A stretch of 63,996 bases of DNA, filler included, from Atractiella rhizophila (taxonomy: Eukaryota): the NCBI GenBank assembly GCA_021432655.1. It is 5 parts of 5 records of this genome, joined end to end, with 100 filler letters (N's around TTAATTAATTAA, not from the genome) between each part and the next. Parts side by side here need not be neighbours in the genome. Positions count along the whole stretch, not along the records: positions 61,808 to 63,996 come from MU271995.1; 4 more parts are not named here. One strand, given 5' to 3'. Positions 63,632-63,996 of the stretch are shown one piece after another. Every line of letters starts with the position of its first letter. Position 1 is the first letter of the stretch. Under the pieces are notes generated by a model. The model was not told where the DNA came from. It searched no databases and saw nothing but the letters and a program-made list of their open reading frames with translations. The position numbers and the translations under genes were made by a program.

Positions 63632-63996
63632 GTTGCTGTCCTATGGCTGAGGTCGCTGAGATGTAGGTAGACGAGATAAAATGTTCAAGGGGTAGTAGAT
63701 ATGTATAGGCGAAGGAAGGTAGAAAGAAAGACAGAGCAGGAACTCAAGCCTGAGCGAAGGATGAAGGGGGAGATGATTTGATGCGTGAGAAGGAAGAAGA
63801 GGATAGAATATGGGGACCTCTTCACGACCTCCACCATTTATATCTGTCTGCGCGCCCGCCTGGCTCAAACACCGTCTGATCTGGACGTAACAGGAATCAT
63901 TATCTACGCGCTGTGACGGCTTGGGACAACATGGGCTAAACGCATGGATGAGAGCAGGACTCGACGAAGCAGCGCCTTCAAGATGATGCCGCACGC

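Overview
Eukaryotic DNA with many short (~50 nt) GT-AG introns, most likely from a basidiomycete fungus (lineage is an inference). It is not one locus. Five contigs are joined by artificial 100-nt N44-TTAATTAATTAA-N44 linkers (1-15414, 15515-30869, 30970-46319, 46420-61707, 61808-63996), with two internal 25-N gaps. Contig 1: GH92 alpha-mannosidase, BTB protein, epoxide hydrolase and hypothetical genes. Contig 2: xylulokinase-like FGGY gene, a KIN1 kinase that stops before its KA1 domain, a 2-TM membrane protein, lipoate-protein ligase, YJU2 and MET17. Contig 3: a DNA-transposon nest with an apparently intact intron-rich hAT, a TIR/TA-bounded Fot1/pogo element and a decayed CMC/EnSpm-like transposase. 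Contig 4: class V/VII chitin synthase, a tandemly duplicated membrane-protein gene, a DUF2423 gene, two thioredoxins and a GNAT. Contig 5: thaumatin-like protein. The two best leads are (1) a spliced 396-aa two-TM protein at 22116-23415 (-) with several motifs in DEG/ENaC/ASIC channel order, and (2) a 535-nt, densely base-paired intron in the DUF2423 gene that looks like a hosted structured RNA. All assignments were made by eye; no searches were run.
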